This document shows, one piece after another, positions 61,819 to 64,000 of a stretch of DNA of 64,000 bases. The position numbers were made by a program, and so were the translations under genes. The notes under the pieces were generated by a model that made no database searches, was not told where the DNA came from, and saw only the letters and a program-made list of their open reading frames with translations. Each line of letters opens with the position of its first letter. The stretch's first letter is position 1. The stretch comes from Terriglobia bacterium. GTDB lineage: Bacteria > Acidobacteriota > Terriglobia > 20CM-2-55-15. Location of the stretch: the NCBI GenBank assembly GCA_965198225.1, contig CBDAOY010000007.1, forward strand, positions 160,001-224,000, given 5' to 3'.

Positions 61819-64000
61819 ACGCTGGGAGCTAATCGAGAAGCTGTACCAGGCCGTTGTCGAGCGGCCGCCGGGCGAGCGGGCGGCCTTTCTGGAGGAAGCT
61901 TGCGCCGGTGACGAAGAGCTCCTGCGTGAGCTGGAGTCGTTGCTGGAGCACCGAGAACAGGCCGGATCCTTTATGAAGGCCCCCGTCGTTGACCAATCGG
62001 CGGGATCATTTGGAGAAGATTCCGTCGGATCGTCAGGTAACAAGGACAGCTCGATAGTCGGCAAGACCATCGCTCATTACAAGGTCCTGGCAAAGCTCGG
62101 TGAGGGCGGGATGGGAGAGGTGTGGAAAGCCCGCGACGAAAAACTCGGTCGTGAAGTTGCCCTCAAGACGCTCCCGGAGGAGTTCGCCAAGGATGCGGAA
62201 CGCCTGTCCCGGTTGGAACGCGAGGCGAGGCTGCTGGCGTCGTTGAACCATCCCAACGTCGCGACGATCCACGGGCTGGAGGAACGCGGAGGAACACGAT
62301 TCCTCGTCCTGGAACTCGTCGAAGGCGACACGCTCGCGGACCGGCTCAAGGGAGGAGCCATCCCCGTCGAAGAATCCCTCAAGCTGGCCCTCCAGATTGC
62401 CGAAGCCCTCGAAGCCGCGCACGAAAAAAGTGTCATTCATCGGGATCTGAAACCCGCCAACATCAAAGTCACTCCCGACGGCAAGGTCACGGTGCTCGAC
62501 TTCGGGTTGGCGAAGGCGTTTGCGGGGGATGGGGCGGATGTGAACCTGTCCCAGTCACCCGCGTTGAGTGCGGCTACCCAGCCAGGGGTCATTCTGGGAA
62601 CGGCAGCGTACATGTCCCCGGAGCAGGCACGGGGACAGGAAGTCGATAAGCGCACCGACATTTGGGCGTTTGGATGTGTCCTGTACGAGATGCTGACGGC
62701 TCGCCGCCCATTTCGTGGGGAGACGCTCTCCGACATCGTCGCCAAGATTCTCGAAAGCGGGCCGGACTGGAGCAGCCTGCCTGCGAACACCCACGCGAAG
62801 ATTCGCGAACTACTCGAACGTTGCCTCGACAAGGACGTCAAGGCTCGGTGGCACGACATCGCCGACGTGCGGGTGGACATTCAGAAGGTTCTTGCTGATC
62901 CAAGCGGCGTGATAGTCCGGCCGGTTGCCGATGAGCTTCAGGCACCGCAGAAACCAACGCCGCGGTGGGTCTGGGCCGCCGTCGCACTGGCGGCGATCGT
63001 AGCCCTCATCGCGACTTTGAACCTGCAACCCGACGCGCCAACTCCCACCGTCGTGCGGTTTTCGCACCGCCTGCCCGCCGGGCAAGCGTTCACCGCCGCT
63101 AGCCCTCAGACTACCCGACGACTGATCGATGTCTCCCCGGATGGTTCCACCATCGTGTACGCGGCAAACGGCGAGCTGTGGATCCGAGATGTCGGTTCCG
63201 AGGAGGTGCGCCCAGTTTCGGGGACTCAGGAGAACTCGCGCCACCCGATCTTTTCACCGGACGGCGAATGGGTAGCGTACTGGGCCGACGGCCAACTCAA
63301 GAAGGTTCAGACCGCCGGTGGGACTCCGGTGGTGTTGTGTGATGCAACGAATCCCACTGGTTGGGATTGGGCTGGAGACACGGTTTTCTTCGGCCAAGGC
63401 GACCGGGGAATTATGAGCGTTTCGTCGAACGGAGGTACACCGGTGGTTGTTGTTGCGGAGGGCGGATGGGGTCCCCGAATGCTGCCCGGCGGCGAAGTCT
63501 TGATGTTCCATCGGATGTCGGCCGAGTCGTCGAGCGGGTTCCAGATATGGGCGCAAACGTTGGAGACAGGTGAACAGACGCTTCTCGTCGAGGATGGCCG
63601 GGCGCAAGGGTACGCTTCGACTCGACATCTCATCTATTTTCTGGACGCCGCGATCTTTGCGGTGCCATTCGACGCTCAAAACCTAGAGGTTTTGGGCGGA
63701 CCCGCGTCGGTAATCGAGAACGTGAGCCGACTGGAGATCCCACAATCTGTGCCGCACTTTAGCCTATCCGACAACGGCACGATCGCTTACATCTCCAGCG
63801 AAAACGCATCCCTGGAACGAAGCCTGGTTTGGGTGGACCGTGACGGACGCAATACGGTGCCACTCGGTGCCGACCCTGCCGACTACGGCCTCCCGCGCAT
63901 TTCGCCGGAGGGGACTAAGGTTGCGGTTGAAATCCTCGCAAGAGGTGATCGTCACATATGGGTGTATGACCTTGAAAGAGAGTCATGGAGCCAGTTCACC
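61808..64000 (+). CDS. Ser/Thr kinase with PD40 propeller (runs off the window)
   Basis: MKPERWELIEKLY.., GEGGMG, HRDLKPAN, DFG, YMSPE, SPDG repeats. Confidence 0.9.
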   Translation, partial: MKPERWELIEKLYQAVVERPPGERAAFLEEACAGDEELLRELESLLEHREQAGSFMKAPVVDQSAGSFGEDSVGSSGNKDSSIVGKTIAHYKVLAKLGEGGMGEVWKARDEKLGREVALKTLPEEFAKDAERLSRLEREARLLASLNHPNVATIHGLEERGGTRFLVLELVEGDTLADRLKGGAIPVEESLKLALQIAEALEAAHEKSVIHRDLKPANIKVTPDGKVTVLDFGLAKAFAGDGADVNLSQSPALSAATQPGVILGTAAYMSPEQARGQEVDKRTDIWAFGCVLYEMLTARRPFRGETLSDIVAKILESGPDWSSLPANTHAKIRELLERCLDKDVKARWHDIADVRVDIQKVLADPSGVIVRPVADELQAPQKPTPRWVWAAVALAAIVALIATLNLQPDAPTPTVVRFSHRLPAGQAFTAASPQTTRRLIDVSPDGSTIVYAANGELWIRDVGSEEVRPVSGTQENSRHPIFSPDGEWVAYWADGQLKKVQTAGGTPVVLCDATNPTGWDWAGDTVFFGQGDRGIMSVSSNGGTPVVVVAEGGWGPRMLPGGEVLMFHRMSAESSSGFQIWAQTLETGEQTLLVEDGRAQGYASTRHLIYFLDAAIFAVPFDAQNLEVLGGPASVIENVSRLEIPQSVPHFSLSDNGTIAYISSENASLERSLVWVDRDGRNTVPLGADPADYGLPRISPEGTKVAVEILARGDRHIWVYDLERESWSQFT

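Overview
A GC-rich bacterial window whose gene families (ADOP permease, DUF1592/DUF1552/ankyrin operon, Ser/Thr kinase-propeller proteins, ECF-kinase pair) suggest Acidobacteriota; this is an inference. It is an accessory, mosaic region of about 55 genes and gene fragments covering redox/sulfur, phosphate-ester and signalling functions. Signals not visible in the ORF track: (1) a peroxiredoxin-like selenoprotein (RGYY-UGA-PKD) with a bacterial SECIS-like hairpin, about 2 kb from an ABC transporter of the putative selenate-binding subfamily; (2) a 5' half tRNA-Val(CAC) cut at its anticodon loop, lying between two 53-bp direct repeats, each followed by a toxin-antitoxin pair; (3) two related ~270-bp CTAG-flanked MITEs; (4) a GTAG-type REP family with compensatory stem variants; (5) a ~1020-aa Tat multicopper oxidase clustered with three unrelated phosphatases. 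Several single-base frameshifts may be sequencing errors. No integrase, transposase, CRISPR array or rRNA was seen. Family calls come from motif recognition by eye, not database searches.
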